A stretch of 50,425 nucleotides of DNA from the sequence record SRR22947725_875, one strand, 5' to 3'. Below the pieces are notes generated by a model, which saw only the letters and a program-made list of their open reading frames with translations, was not told where the DNA came from and searched no databases. The translations under genes and the position numbers were made by a program. Of this stretch, positions 18,852 to 28,294 are shown one piece after another (the stretch's first letter is position 1; each line of letters begins with the position of its first letter).

Positions 18852-20224
18852 ATTGTATAAGTTGGTATCTTTAATTGTTTGCCTAAACTTTTTATGTCTT
18901 CAAGCACATCTCCATAAGTAAAACCTACATGATGCTCTAAACCACTTAAAAATAAATTTTTAATTTTTTTATGTGTATTTTTACCTAAACTGATTACTCC
19001 TGAAGTTCCAGAAAAAGAGTTTTTTCTTTTAAGAACCTTTCCATTCATTACAATAAATTTTAATTTATTTTCTGATTTTGAAACACGAAAAATTGTAATA
19101 TCACCTGATTTAAATGCAAAGTTATGCAAAAGTGGCTTTCTTCTATTTGAGTGAATTGTGGCACTAGGTGTATTTTTCTCTGCCATACTAATAGGTGCAA
19201 GTCCACAATGCCAAAAAACAGTAGTATTATCTTTCTGATCCACATCAACAATATCAACTAATAATGCAGGTTTATTATTTAATTGATTTAATATATTGCA
19301 GGTTAAACTTCCAAGAACATCAGCTTCACAGGCAGAGCTTATTTTATTTTCATTCATCATAGCCATTGGTCCGCAAGAAGCACAACCATATTCTGTAAAC
19401 ATCTCAGGCCAACAACGAACAGCAAATGCATCAATATTTTGTGTTTGTTGAATTTTTTCAAGACCATGGAATAATGATATACTTTTATTCAATTCTTTTT
19501 GATTTACATGATTGATGTTTTTAAGGTTTTTGCTTATATTTTTCTTAGTTTCACTGATTTTTTTAATATTAACTTTACTTGAAGTATTAAATAAGCTCTG
19601 CAATTTTATTTTAGTTACGTTTGCAATAAACTTTGATTTTAATTCTTGATTATTAAAATCACAAGTATCAAACCCTTCAGGTCTTTCACCAATTAGACCT
19701 AACTTTGGTTTCTTAAACTTTATTATTTTTTTGTTAACTAATTTTGAATTTATTTTCTTTAAATAATTTTTTTTTGTAAAATTATTATTTGTTCTCATAA
19801 ATTTCAATATTTCTTTAGAAAAAGACTGTTCATCATTGGTGTAAATTATAAAGTTAGAATAAAATTTACTTTTAATTAAAGCATGCAATCCTAAGTTTAC
19901 TCCACAAAGCGAATTTAGCCTTAATCGACCGCCTGATCTCTTTTCTCTAAATGAAATAAATAAAATTGGTTTTCTAAATTTTTTTGCGAATGCAAAAATA
20001 AATTTCGCATCAGTAAAAGTTGATTGAATAACTATAAATTTTTTACATTTAATATTTTTAAAGTATTTAATTGCATTTTTACCAATTGTATCATTAGTTA
20101 TTAAATCATCAAAAAATATTATCTTTTCATTTAATTTTGTAAGTGATTTTTTTGTTTTTAATAATTTTTTCTTAGCAAATTCAATATCAAAAGTTTCTCT
20201 TGCTAAACTAAAGCATCCAATCAT
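18848..20224 (-). CDS. L-fucose/L-arabinose isomerase-fold protein (putative SQ isomerase)
   Basis: NSLCG, AVRCWPE, CEADVLG, FWHCG, C-terminal EHH metal motifs of the FucI/AraA superfamily. Confidence 0.75.
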   Translation of the reverse strand: MIGCFSLARETFDIEFAKKKLLKTKKSLTKLNEKIIFFDDLITNDTIGKNAIKYFKNIKCKKFIVIQSTFTDAKFIFAFAKKFRKPILFISFREKRSGGRLRLNSLCGVNLGLHALIKSKFYSNFIIYTNDEQSFSKEILKFMRTNNNFTKKNYLKKINSKLVNKKIIKFKKPKLGLIGERPEGFDTCDFNNQELKSKFIANVTKIKLQSLFNTSSKVNIKKISETKKNISKNLKNINHVNQKELNKSISLFHGLEKIQQTQNIDAFAVRCWPEMFTEYGCASCGPMAMMNENKISSACEADVLGSLTCNILNQLNNKPALLVDIVDVDQKDNTTVFWHCGLAPISMAEKNTPSATIHSNRRKPLLHNFAFKSGDITIFRVSKSENKLKFIVMNGKVLKRKNSFSGTSGVISLGKNTHKKIKNLFLSGLEHHVGFTYGDVLEDIKSLGKQLKIPTYTI

Positions 20225-21243
20225 TAAAAGCCTTTATAAATATTTTTAAAGTTTGAGGAATTTTTTTGAATTAATTTTTCTGTTAAATATTTTTCTAAAG
20301 ATTGAGCATTTTTTTTTGTGAGTTCATTTAATTTTTTAACATAACCTACACTTTCATTACTAAGCTTTGCAGTAATTTTTTTATAATTTGGATAATCTTT
20401 AAAGGCATCTAGCCAAATAGTTCTGCCAGCTAGATATCCTGAGGCACCATTTTTATAAGCCAACTTTAAACAATTCAAAAAAGACTTCTTACTCATTCCA
20501 GAAGAAAGCATTACCCATGGAATATTTCTTGTAGCTTTAGATAATTGTTTAAAAGCATCTCTTGTAGCTTTATTAAATTTACTATTTTGTAATTGGCTAC
20601 TATCCACAGGACTTTCTAACTTAAAAATATCAACTTTATATTTTTCTTTAGAAAACTCTTTCACACTATTTATTACATGATTTTGATTTTTATCTAGTTG
20701 CTCTTTATAATCTTTAGAATACCCAGTTTCATTTTTAAATGGATAAACCAATAGCTCTAATAAAAAAGGAATATCAAATTTTTCACATTGCTTACCTATT
20801 GTTTCAATATACTTTTTTTGATGTTTAATAGAGTTTTTATCTGCATCAGGTCGATACCAAGCTAATACTTTTACAGCATCACCACCTATTCTTTTTATCT
20901 TTTCAACTGTCCAATTTTTTATATTTTTTGAATACCTGCCTTTGTGTTTTTCAATAAAATCATGATCCTCAAGAGTAATTATTAAACCTTTGCTTTTACT
21001 TGATGGAATAAGATTGGGTACTGAATAAACTGGATCCATTAATATAGCGGTAGAGTGTTGAGAAAGGTTTAACGAGATATTTTTTTTAAAATCTACAACA
21101 TCTTTATAGGTGTATCTTTTTTTTTTCTCTTTTATCAAATTAAATATTGGTGGTCTCTGATCAATTGCGAGCATTTGTAAATGGCTTTGATCATTACACA
21201 ATTTTTTAATATGAACTAGTTTACCAATATTATCAGATCCCAT
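20224..21243 (-). CDS. Class I aldolase, LacD/YihT family (putative sulfofructose-1-phosphate aldolase)
   Basis: MLAIDQR, KVL, LLE, DIFKLE Schiff-base Lys, PWVMLSSG, GASGYLAGRTIW. Confidence 0.82.
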   Translation of the reverse strand: MGSDNIGKLVHIKKLCNDQSHLQMLAIDQRPPIFNLIKEKKKRYTYKDVVDFKKNISLNLSQHSTAILMDPVYSVPNLIPSSKSKGLIITLEDHDFIEKHKGRYSKNIKNWTVEKIKRIGGDAVKVLAWYRPDADKNSIKHQKKYIETIGKQCEKFDIPFLLELLVYPFKNETGYSKDYKEQLDKNQNHVINSVKEFSKEKYKVDIFKLESPVDSSQLQNSKFNKATRDAFKQLSKATRNIPWVMLSSGMSKKSFLNCLKLAYKNGASGYLAGRTIWLDAFKDYPNYKKITAKLSNESVGYVKKLNELTKKNAQSLEKYLTEKLIQKNSSNFKNIYKGF

Positions 21244-21482
21244 TATTTTTTTACCTCTAATTTCTAAAAAATTTATTATTTTTTTGGCTGATTACCATGT
21301 TTTTAATACTGTATTGTATTCATAACTCAAGAATTTATTTTTTTTTAAATTTATTTATTTTTTATTTTAATATCAAATTTAATATTTTTACAATTTTGAT
21401 AATTTTTAGATAATTCATAGCACTTTTTACTCTTGTATATAGTTTAAGTTTGTTCTAAACCTAATAAAAAATTGGAGGACTA

Positions 21483-22739
21483 ATGATTAAATCAATTTTA
21501 AAATTATTTTCAGTAGCTTTTATTTCTTTTTCACTAACTGTAATTTCAACAGTAGCCTCTGCAGAAATTACAATTAACTGGCCGTCAATTTGGGTTGGAA
21601 AAGACTCAAAGACAACAGTTATTGGTGAACTTGTAGATGAATTCAATACTGCAAACGCCGGCTCTATTAAAGTTGTTATAGAAGAACAAACTGATTATGA
21701 CATTTACGCACAAAAATTAACTGCTCAGTTATCTACTGGTACATTACCAGATATATTCACAGTTGGTGCAGACTTATTAGATATTTTGCACAGAAGTGGC
21801 AAAGCTATGGATCTTGCTCCACATGTATCATCTGATTCACATTGGAATAATGTTTACCCAGAAGGAGCACTTGAAAGCAATATGATGGATGGGCAATTAA
21901 ATTATTTACCGTATGAGCTTTTTGTCGTACCCGTAACATATAATAAAAAATTATTAAAAGCTGCTGGTTATGATGAATTTCCAGATAACTATGATGATTT
22001 CTTTAAAATGTGTGAAGCTGTAACTGCTACGGGTGTAGCATGTACATCACAGATGACAGCTAAAAATGCATGGACTTCAATGCTTTGGTTTTCTCAAGCA
22101 TTAGCTTCAGCAGGGGGACCAGACATTTATGAAAAAGGTTTGGATGATCCAGCTTTTGTTAAAGCTTTTGAAGTTATGGAAAAAATGTATCAATATACAA
22201 CTTCTGACGCAATTGGTGCGGATGCTGGTGTTTCAGGTGGCCATTTCTTAAATGAAAGAACTGCAGTTTTCATGAATGGACCTTGGTTCATAGCTCGCTA
22301 CACTTCAGATGGTATACCTGGATTGCATGAAAATATTGGTGTTGCACCAGCTCCAATGCTTATGGGTGGAAAGGGCGCTCCCGGCGGATATGTAGGTGGA
22401 AAGCAATCTTCTCTAGCAGCTGGCAAACAATCTGATCCTGCAAAAGAAGAAGCTGTAGTTAAATTCCTTAAATGGTTAACTACTCCAGAAAATGTTGCAA
22501 GACTATCTTACAGCTCTGGTGCTATGTTTATTGTCAAGGCTGATTTGCCGAGTGATATGGACAGATTATTCATTGAAATGAATGAGCAAAAAGGAAATGC
22601 TCCTTACGTAGCTAAAACATTTATGAATGGCATGGGCTCATTACCAGTTGTTGCTGAATTTCCGCAAGCATTGTCAGCTTTAGCTTTAGGTGAAGTTACA
22701 CCAGAAGGTGCTGTTGAAATGCTTAAAGACGCAGACTAA
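21483..22739 (+). CDS. Carbohydrate ABC transporter substrate-binding protein (family 1)
   Basis: Signal peptide, LPDIF, YNKKLL..AG, MNGPW; SD GGAGG upstream. Confidence 0.9.
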   Translation: MIKSILKLFSVAFISFSLTVISTVASAEITINWPSIWVGKDSKTTVIGELVDEFNTANAGSIKVVIEEQTDYDIYAQKLTAQLSTGTLPDIFTVGADLLDILHRSGKAMDLAPHVSSDSHWNNVYPEGALESNMMDGQLNYLPYELFVVPVTYNKKLLKAAGYDEFPDNYDDFFKMCEAVTATGVACTSQMTAKNAWTSMLWFSQALASAGGPDIYEKGLDDPAFVKAFEVMEKMYQYTTSDAIGADAGVSGGHFLNERTAVFMNGPWFIARYTSDGIPGLHENIGVAPAPMLMGGKGAPGGYVGGKQSSLAAGKQSDPAKEEAVVKFLKWLTTPENVARLSYSSGAMFIVKADLPSDMDRLFIEMNEQKGNAPYVAKTFMNGMGSLPVVAEFPQALSALALGEVTPEGAVEMLKDAD

Positions 22740-22749
22740 AAATCTAAAT

Positions 22750-22781
22750 AACTATGAGGTATTAAATACCTCATAGTTTTC
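22750..22781 (+). terminator. Intercistronic hairpin after SBP gene
   Basis: AACTATGAGGTAT-taa-ATACCTCATAGTT 13-bp perfect stem followed by TT. Confidence 0.75.
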
Positions 22782-22788
22782 TCATTTT

Positions 22789-23661
22789 ATGAAAATTAAA
22801 AAAGATGAAGTTGTATGGCTTTTATTATTTATAGCGCCTACAATAATTTTATTCACTCTCTTTTTTATTATACCAATTCTTTTTCTTTTTATAACAAGCT
22901 TCACTAATTGGGATGGCATAAGTGCTGAATTTGTTGGATTTGAAAACTACGTTAAACTATTTAATAAAAAAAGTTTTATCAATGCTATTACGAATAACTT
23001 ATACTGGTGTGTTACAGCGGCATTAATAACAGTTCCATTAGCTCTGATAATTGCTTTACTTTTAGCTCATAGATCAAGAGGTTGGAAGGTCTTTAGAACA
23101 GTTCTCTTTGTGCCTCAGGTTGTTTCATCAGCTGCTATAGCTATGCTTTGGGCTGCGATGTTTAATGCTGAATATGGTTTAGTTAATTTTTTATTAGATT
23201 ATATCGGTTTCTCAGATTATAAAAATCATAATTGGCTGGGGAACATAAGGACGGCTAATGCAGCATTAATTGGTTTTTCTTTATGTTATGTCGGATATTT
23301 TATGGTTATTATGCTTGCAAAAACTGCTGGTATTTCTGAAGATTATTATGATGCTGCAAATATTGATGGTGCAAGTCAATTTCAAAAGGATTTACATATT
23401 ACGGCACCGTTAATAAAAAGCACTTTTTTTCTTTGTATTATTTTAGCTGTAATATTTAATTTGAGGCAATTCGAATATGTTTATCTAATGACTGCTGGTG
23501 GTCCTGCTAATAAAACTCAGGTTCTTGTTGTTTATATTTGGAATGAGTTAACAGTTCAAAGACTGGGTCGAGGCAATGCAGCCGGAGTTATAATGATAGC
23601 TATAGGTGCTATTCTTTTACTCTCTTTGAGAAAATTATTAAAAAGTGAAACCTACAATTAA
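22789..23661 (+). CDS. Carbohydrate ABC permease (MalF/UgpA type)
   Basis: SFTNWDG, FVGFENY, EAA loop YYDAANIDGAS, MTAGGP. Confidence 0.92.
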   Translation: MKIKKDEVVWLLLFIAPTIILFTLFFIIPILFLFITSFTNWDGISAEFVGFENYVKLFNKKSFINAITNNLYWCVTAALITVPLALIIALLLAHRSRGWKVFRTVLFVPQVVSSAAIAMLWAAMFNAEYGLVNFLLDYIGFSDYKNHNWLGNIRTANAALIGFSLCYVGYFMVIMLAKTAGISEDYYDAANIDGASQFQKDLHITAPLIKSTFFLCIILAVIFNLRQFEYVYLMTAGGPANKTQVLVVYIWNELTVQRLGRGNAAGVIMIAIGAILLLSLRKLLKSETYN

Positions 23662-23662
23662 T

Positions 23663-24499
23663 ATGCAAAAAGATCTTTCCTCAAACTTTTATTTTATTTT
23701 TAAATGGGTAATAATTATTTCTTTTGTATTTTATGCTGTATTTCCTTTTTTATGGTTAGTACTTGCTTCATTGAAAACCAACGCTGAATTACTCAATAAC
23801 CCATTTGCGCTACCTGAAGTTTTTCAGTTTAAAAACTATTCCAATGCTATTCAAGAGGCAGGACTTGGAAGATTAATAATTAATTCTCTTGTAATAAGTA
23901 CTAGTGCAACTTTTTTAAATATTTTGTTTTCATCAATGTGTGCTTTTGCAATAGCCAGACATACATTTTGGGGAAATAATGTTTTGTTTTTAATGATTAC
24001 TGCAGGTATTTTAGTACCATTAAATGCACTTATAATTCCTTATTTTGCAATAATTAATTTTTTAAATCTTTATGATACAAGAATTGGTTTGATTATAGTT
24101 TATTGCGCTGTTGGTCTTCCTGTATCAACATTCATATTAACAGAGTTTTTTAAATCTATCCCAAAGGAAATTGAAGAAGCTTCATATCTTGATGGTTGTA
24201 ATTTTGCTGCAAGATATTTTAAAATTATGCTACCACTTGCTTTACCTGGTTTAGCAACAGCAGGAACATTCCAGTTTATTTTGTGTTGGAATGAATTTAT
24301 ATATGCAATGCTCTTAACTTCCTCAACAGATATTAGAACAATTCAATTTGGTATTAGTTATTTTACTAATCAATTCTTTTCAGATTACGTAGGAATGTTT
24401 GCAGCAGTTGTGATAAGTATTATTCCAAGTATTACCGTTTTTATTCTTTTTCAGGAAAAAGTTATCAATGGTTTAACTGCTGGATCAGTGAAGGGTTAG
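23663..24499 (+). CDS. Carbohydrate ABC permease (MalG/UgpE type)
   Basis: SLKT, IPKEIEEASYLDGC, WNEF, C-terminal GLTAGSVKG; ATG 23663 preferred over GTG 23645. Confidence 0.92.
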   Translation: MQKDLSSNFYFIFKWVIIISFVFYAVFPFLWLVLASLKTNAELLNNPFALPEVFQFKNYSNAIQEAGLGRLIINSLVISTSATFLNILFSSMCAFAIARHTFWGNNVLFLMITAGILVPLNALIIPYFAIINFLNLYDTRIGLIIVYCAVGLPVSTFILTEFFKSIPKEIEEASYLDGCNFAARYFKIMLPLALPGLATAGTFQFILCWNEFIYAMLLTSSTDIRTIQFGISYFTNQFFSDYVGMFAAVVISIIPSITVFILFQEKVINGLTAGSVKG

Positions 24500-24509
24500 A
24501 TAATTTAAA

Positions 24510-25793
24510 TTGACACGTCCCAACATAATTAAAATTATTTGTCATGATATTGGCAAACATCTTGGTTGTTATGGTATAAAATCAGTAAACACTAACTCAA
24601 TTGATAGTTTTGCTAAAGACGGTATTTTATTTAACAATGCATTTGCTACAAGCCCGGGTTGTAGTCCAAGTCGAGCAGCAATAGCAACAGGAAGATATCC
24701 TCATAATACTGGGGTTTTAGGATTAGCACATGCTCATTTTGGGTGGAGTCTTGATAAAAAAATTAAACATATTGCAAAATATTTTTCAAGCAATGACTAT
24801 AATTCAATACTTTTTGGACTCCAACATGTGACTTACAATGAGGAAACTCTTGGTTTCAAGAAAATTTTTCCAGAGAGACCTGCGGATCAAGTCATTAAGA
24901 ATATTGAAGATAATATAGATACTATATTATTTAAAAAACCTTTTTACGCTGAAGTTAATTTTTTTGAACCACATCGACCTTTTGATTTCGGTGGAGTTAA
25001 GTCTTACAGATCTAAAGGTGTATTTATTCCAAAATATATACCCAATAACTCTAATATTAAAAAAGAATTTGAAGCTATGCAAGGGGCAATAAAAAAAATG
25101 GATGAGTCAGTTGGAAAAATTATTAATATTCTTAAGAAGAAAGGTCTTTATGAGAATACAATTATTATATTTACTACAGACCATGGAATACCCTTTCCAA
25201 GAGCAAAAGGAACTTTATATGATGCTGGGATTGAAACTGGTTTAATAATATCTTATCCAAAATTAAAAATCAAAAATAAAAAATTTAATGAATTAATTTC
25301 TAATATTGATATTTTACCAACATTATTAGATTTGGCAAAAATTAAAATACCAAATACCATACAGGGAAAAAGTTTTTATCCATTAATAATGAATAAAAAA
25401 TATATTGAAAATAAACATATATTTGCGGAAAAAACATACCATGATTTATTCGATCCTATTCGATGTATCAGAAATAAAAATTATAAATTAATTATAAATT
25501 TTGACTCAGATAAAATTATAAGAGTGCCAGGTGACGCAATGATGGGCGCTACATATTTATCAATGTTAGATCAAATAATTAATGTAAGAGAACGTTATGA
25601 GCTTTATGATATTAAAAAAGATAAACTGGAAAAGAAAAATTTAGCTAAAAATGAGAAATATAAAAATATAAGACAAGAATTATTGAAAAAGCTTTCTAAT
25701 TGGATGAAGTCTACAAAAGATCCTTTGTTAAGTAATCAAATAAAATCACCTTTTTTTATTGATACATTGAAAGAACTTAAATACTTAACTTAA
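24510..25793 (+). CDS. Sulfatase, N-sulfoglucosamine sulfohydrolase (sulfamidase)-like
   Basis: RPNII..HDIG, CSPSRAAIATGRYPH, EPHRPF, DHGIPFPRAKGTLYDAG; no signal peptide. Confidence 0.85.
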   Translation: MTRPNIIKIICHDIGKHLGCYGIKSVNTNSIDSFAKDGILFNNAFATSPGCSPSRAAIATGRYPHNTGVLGLAHAHFGWSLDKKIKHIAKYFSSNDYNSILFGLQHVTYNEETLGFKKIFPERPADQVIKNIEDNIDTILFKKPFYAEVNFFEPHRPFDFGGVKSYRSKGVFIPKYIPNNSNIKKEFEAMQGAIKKMDESVGKIINILKKKGLYENTIIIFTTDHGIPFPRAKGTLYDAGIETGLIISYPKLKIKNKKFNELISNIDILPTLLDLAKIKIPNTIQGKSFYPLIMNKKYIENKHIFAEKTYHDLFDPIRCIRNKNYKLIINFDSDKIIRVPGDAMMGATYLSMLDQIINVRERYELYDIKKDKLEKKNLAKNEKYKNIRQELLKKLSNWMKSTKDPLLSNQIKSPFFIDTLKELKYLT

Positions 25794-25794
25794 T

Positions 25795-26484
25795 ATGAAA
25801 ACTTTTGAAAATAATAAAATTTTCATAAATTCAGATGAATACATTTATAGAGCTGAGCATCTGACACTTGAAGGATCTTGTTCACTAGATCATGGACCTA
25901 GAAATGTTAAAATTAAAAAAATTTATGCAGATAAATATCCAGTAACAAATAAACAGTATTTATCTTTTGTAAAAAAAACAGGTTACAAACCTCAAGACTC
26001 ACAGCGATTTTTAGCGCACAAACCACAAAAAAATAAATCAAACCATCCTGTAGTTTGTGTATCTCAACATGATGCTATGGAATATGCTAAATGGGTTGGT
26101 GGAAGATTACCAACTGACGAGGAGTGGCAGTATATTGCAGCTGGCCCAGATTATCTTGAATGGCCATGGGGTGCGGAGTTTGACCCATCATTATGTAATC
26201 ACGATCAAAATTCATTAACTGCAGTAAATTCCTATAAAAAAGGTGCAAGTTGGATCGGCTGTGAGGATTTAAGTGGTAATGCTTGGGAATGGACAGCTGG
26301 TGTTTATGATGATGGAGAACATCAATTTGCTCTTTTACGCGGAGGTAGTTTTTACTACGCACATGATCATTGGCATATAGGAGGAGGGGCCAGAAAAACA
26401 AATTTTCATTGGAAATTTCAGTTACTAAATGAAGGAATGAACAGAGCTTCAACTTTAGGTTTTCGTTGCGTATATGATGTATAA
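25795..26484 (+). CDS. FGE-sulfatase (SUMF1/EgtB/PvdO) fold protein lacking the FGE catalytic cysteines
   Basis: YPVTN.QY, HPVV.VS, RLPT.EEW, WPWG, DLSGNAWEW, RGGSF, GFRC. Confidence 0.85.
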   Translation: MKTFENNKIFINSDEYIYRAEHLTLEGSCSLDHGPRNVKIKKIYADKYPVTNKQYLSFVKKTGYKPQDSQRFLAHKPQKNKSNHPVVCVSQHDAMEYAKWVGGRLPTDEEWQYIAAGPDYLEWPWGAEFDPSLCNHDQNSLTAVNSYKKGASWIGCEDLSGNAWEWTAGVYDDGEHQFALLRGGSFYYAHDHWHIGGGARKTNFHWKFQLLNEGMNRASTLGFRCVYDV

Positions 26485-28294
26485 AAATAAAAAAAATAAT
26501 ATTATTAATTTCTCATCAAAAGATTTATTTTTATCTATTGATTATTCAAAAAAAATTAATTTAGATAAATTAATTGATATAAATTCTAGCTACAATTTTT
26601 TAGATAAAAAAAATAATGATTTACTAAAAATTAAAATTGAAGGTGATACTATACCTGATCAATATTTAAAAATTGATAAAGTCTCTGAAAGTATTAATGA
26701 TAAATTAAAGTTTATTTCTTTAGATTTTAAAAAAAATTTTAAAAAAGATTATTTTAAAGGGCGAATTTCAATTATCCAAAAAAAAGAAAATGTTATCGAT
26801 TTTGTTTTTCAATTATCTGTCAACTGGAACGATGATATTCCTAAAAAGACATCACTGATATTTCCTTTCTTACAAAATCTAGCTAATCATAAATTTTTTT
26901 TAAAACCAGGACATATTTCTGATAGTAAAAAAAATCATAAAAAGAGTGTTTGGAATTTTCATGAATACCCTCCTGCTATTTTATCTAATAATTCAGGCAA
27001 AACTGCTATTGGAATAGAGTTTTATGACCAATTTCCATGGCAGTCAAATTATAATCTTGGTATGCATGAAGCTATATCAAGTGATAATTTTGACAAATAT
27101 GAAGCTGAAGTTCAATTAAATCAAAATCTATCAGATGTTGTTGTAATGCGATTATATACAAGTTCTAAAGGTCGTAATCACATCTTCAATTTATGGAAAG
27201 AAAATACGAGAAGCAGATATGATCTTAGAAAATATTTTAGACCACAAAATATGTGGATTAAAAAAAATTATATTACACACTTTACTTTTGCTTATGGAAA
27301 AGAGTCTTTTAATTATGAAAAAACTAAATTTAATATTAAGAAAGTTATTAAAGAAGGTCTAGAGTTCGGTGGTTACGACTCATTAATTTTTTGGCATCAG
27401 TATCCTAGGTTAGGTTTGGATAATACTAATCAATGGGATATGTATAAATATTTACCTGAAGAATATGAGTCCATTCACAAAATAGTTAAAGAATGTCATA
27501 AAAATAGAATTAAGTTTTTTATTCCGTTTAAGCCCTGGGATGTAAAATCAAATGAAAGCTTAGATCATCATGCAAAATCTCTAGAAAATTTTATAGCAAA
27601 AACAAATATCGACGGGTTTTTCCTTGATACAATGTCTTCGTTGCCAGACTCTTTTCTGAGGATAAAAAAGAAATTCCCTTCTTTTGAATTTGCTTCTGAA
27701 GGAACTCCAAGAGAACAACGGCAAATAGAACAATTAACTAGTTCTTGGGATCAAATTGGAGATATTAGAAGAAATTACAAGGTAGAGATCGAGGCAAATA
27801 TGTTCCGTTTTGTCTTTCCAGAACATCCTCTTAACATGGTATCTAGATGGAGTGTAGGATCAGATAAAGACTCTATAATTAAAAGAGCTGCATTTAATGG
27901 AACAGGGTTAGTAATCTGGCAAGATGTATTTGGCACTTGGTTGCCATTTAGTAAAAAACAAAAACAACAAATTAAAAAATTAAAAAATGTACTTAATAAA
28001 TATCATAATATAATATTTGGGTCTAACTCTGTTCCATTAATTGAAACTTTATCAAAGGGTTTGATATGTAATCAATTTTGTGATGACAATTATCAACAAG
28101 TATTTGCAATTTATAATATTACAAAAAAAAATATTAAGGGCTCACTTTTTACCTTAAACTCTAAAGCTAAAATTAAGTTTCAACAAATTTTTGGAGTAAA
28201 AACAAACTTGCAAATTAAAAAAATTAAAAAAGTTAATACTATGTTTGGAACTATTCCTACTGACGAAGTAATATTAATTTATGTTAAATATTAA
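26474..28294 (+). CDS. Hypothetical protein with putative glycoside-hydrolase-like TIM-barrel core
   Basis: FGGYDSLIFWHQYPRLG..NQWD, FIPFKPWD, DGFFLDTM, ASEG; overlaps upstream gene by 11 nt. Confidence 0.6.
   Translation: MMYKNKKNNIINFSSKDLFLSIDYSKKINLDKLIDINSSYNFLDKKNNDLLKIKIEGDTIPDQYLKIDKVSESINDKLKFISLDFKKNFKKDYFKGRISIIQKKENVIDFVFQLSVNWNDDIPKKTSLIFPFLQNLANHKFFLKPGHISDSKKNHKKSVWNFHEYPPAILSNNSGKTAIGIEFYDQFPWQSNYNLGMHEAISSDNFDKYEAEVQLNQNLSDVVVMRLYTSSKGRNHIFNLWKENTRSRYDLRKYFRPQNMWIKKNYITHFTFAYGKESFNYEKTKFNIKKVIKEGLEFGGYDSLIFWHQYPRLGLDNTNQWDMYKYLPEEYESIHKIVKECHKNRIKFFIPFKPWDVKSNESLDHHAKSLENFIAKTNIDGFFLDTMSSLPDSFLRIKKKFPSFEFASEGTPREQRQIEQLTSSWDQIGDIRRNYKVEIEANMFRFVFPEHPLNMVSRWSVGSDKDSIIKRAAFNGTGLVIWQDVFGTWLPFSKKQKQQIKKLKNVLNKYHNIIFGSNSVPLIETLSKGLICNQFCDDNYQQVFAIYNITKKNIKGSLFTLNSKAKIKFQQIFGVKTNLQIKKIKKVNTMFGTIPTDEVILIYVKY

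Noticed and set aside
15935-21243. Ordinary tagatose-6-phosphate (lac/gat) pathway
   Set aside because: No lacAB or PTS genes; the kinase looks YihV-like rather than LacC-like, the aldolase has LSSG, and sulfonate genes are interleaved. Disfavoured, not excluded
25795-26484. Ergothioneine/ovothiol sulfoxide synthase (EgtB/OvoA)
   Set aside because: Only 229 aa, no DinB-like N-terminal iron-binding domain and no egtD neighbour
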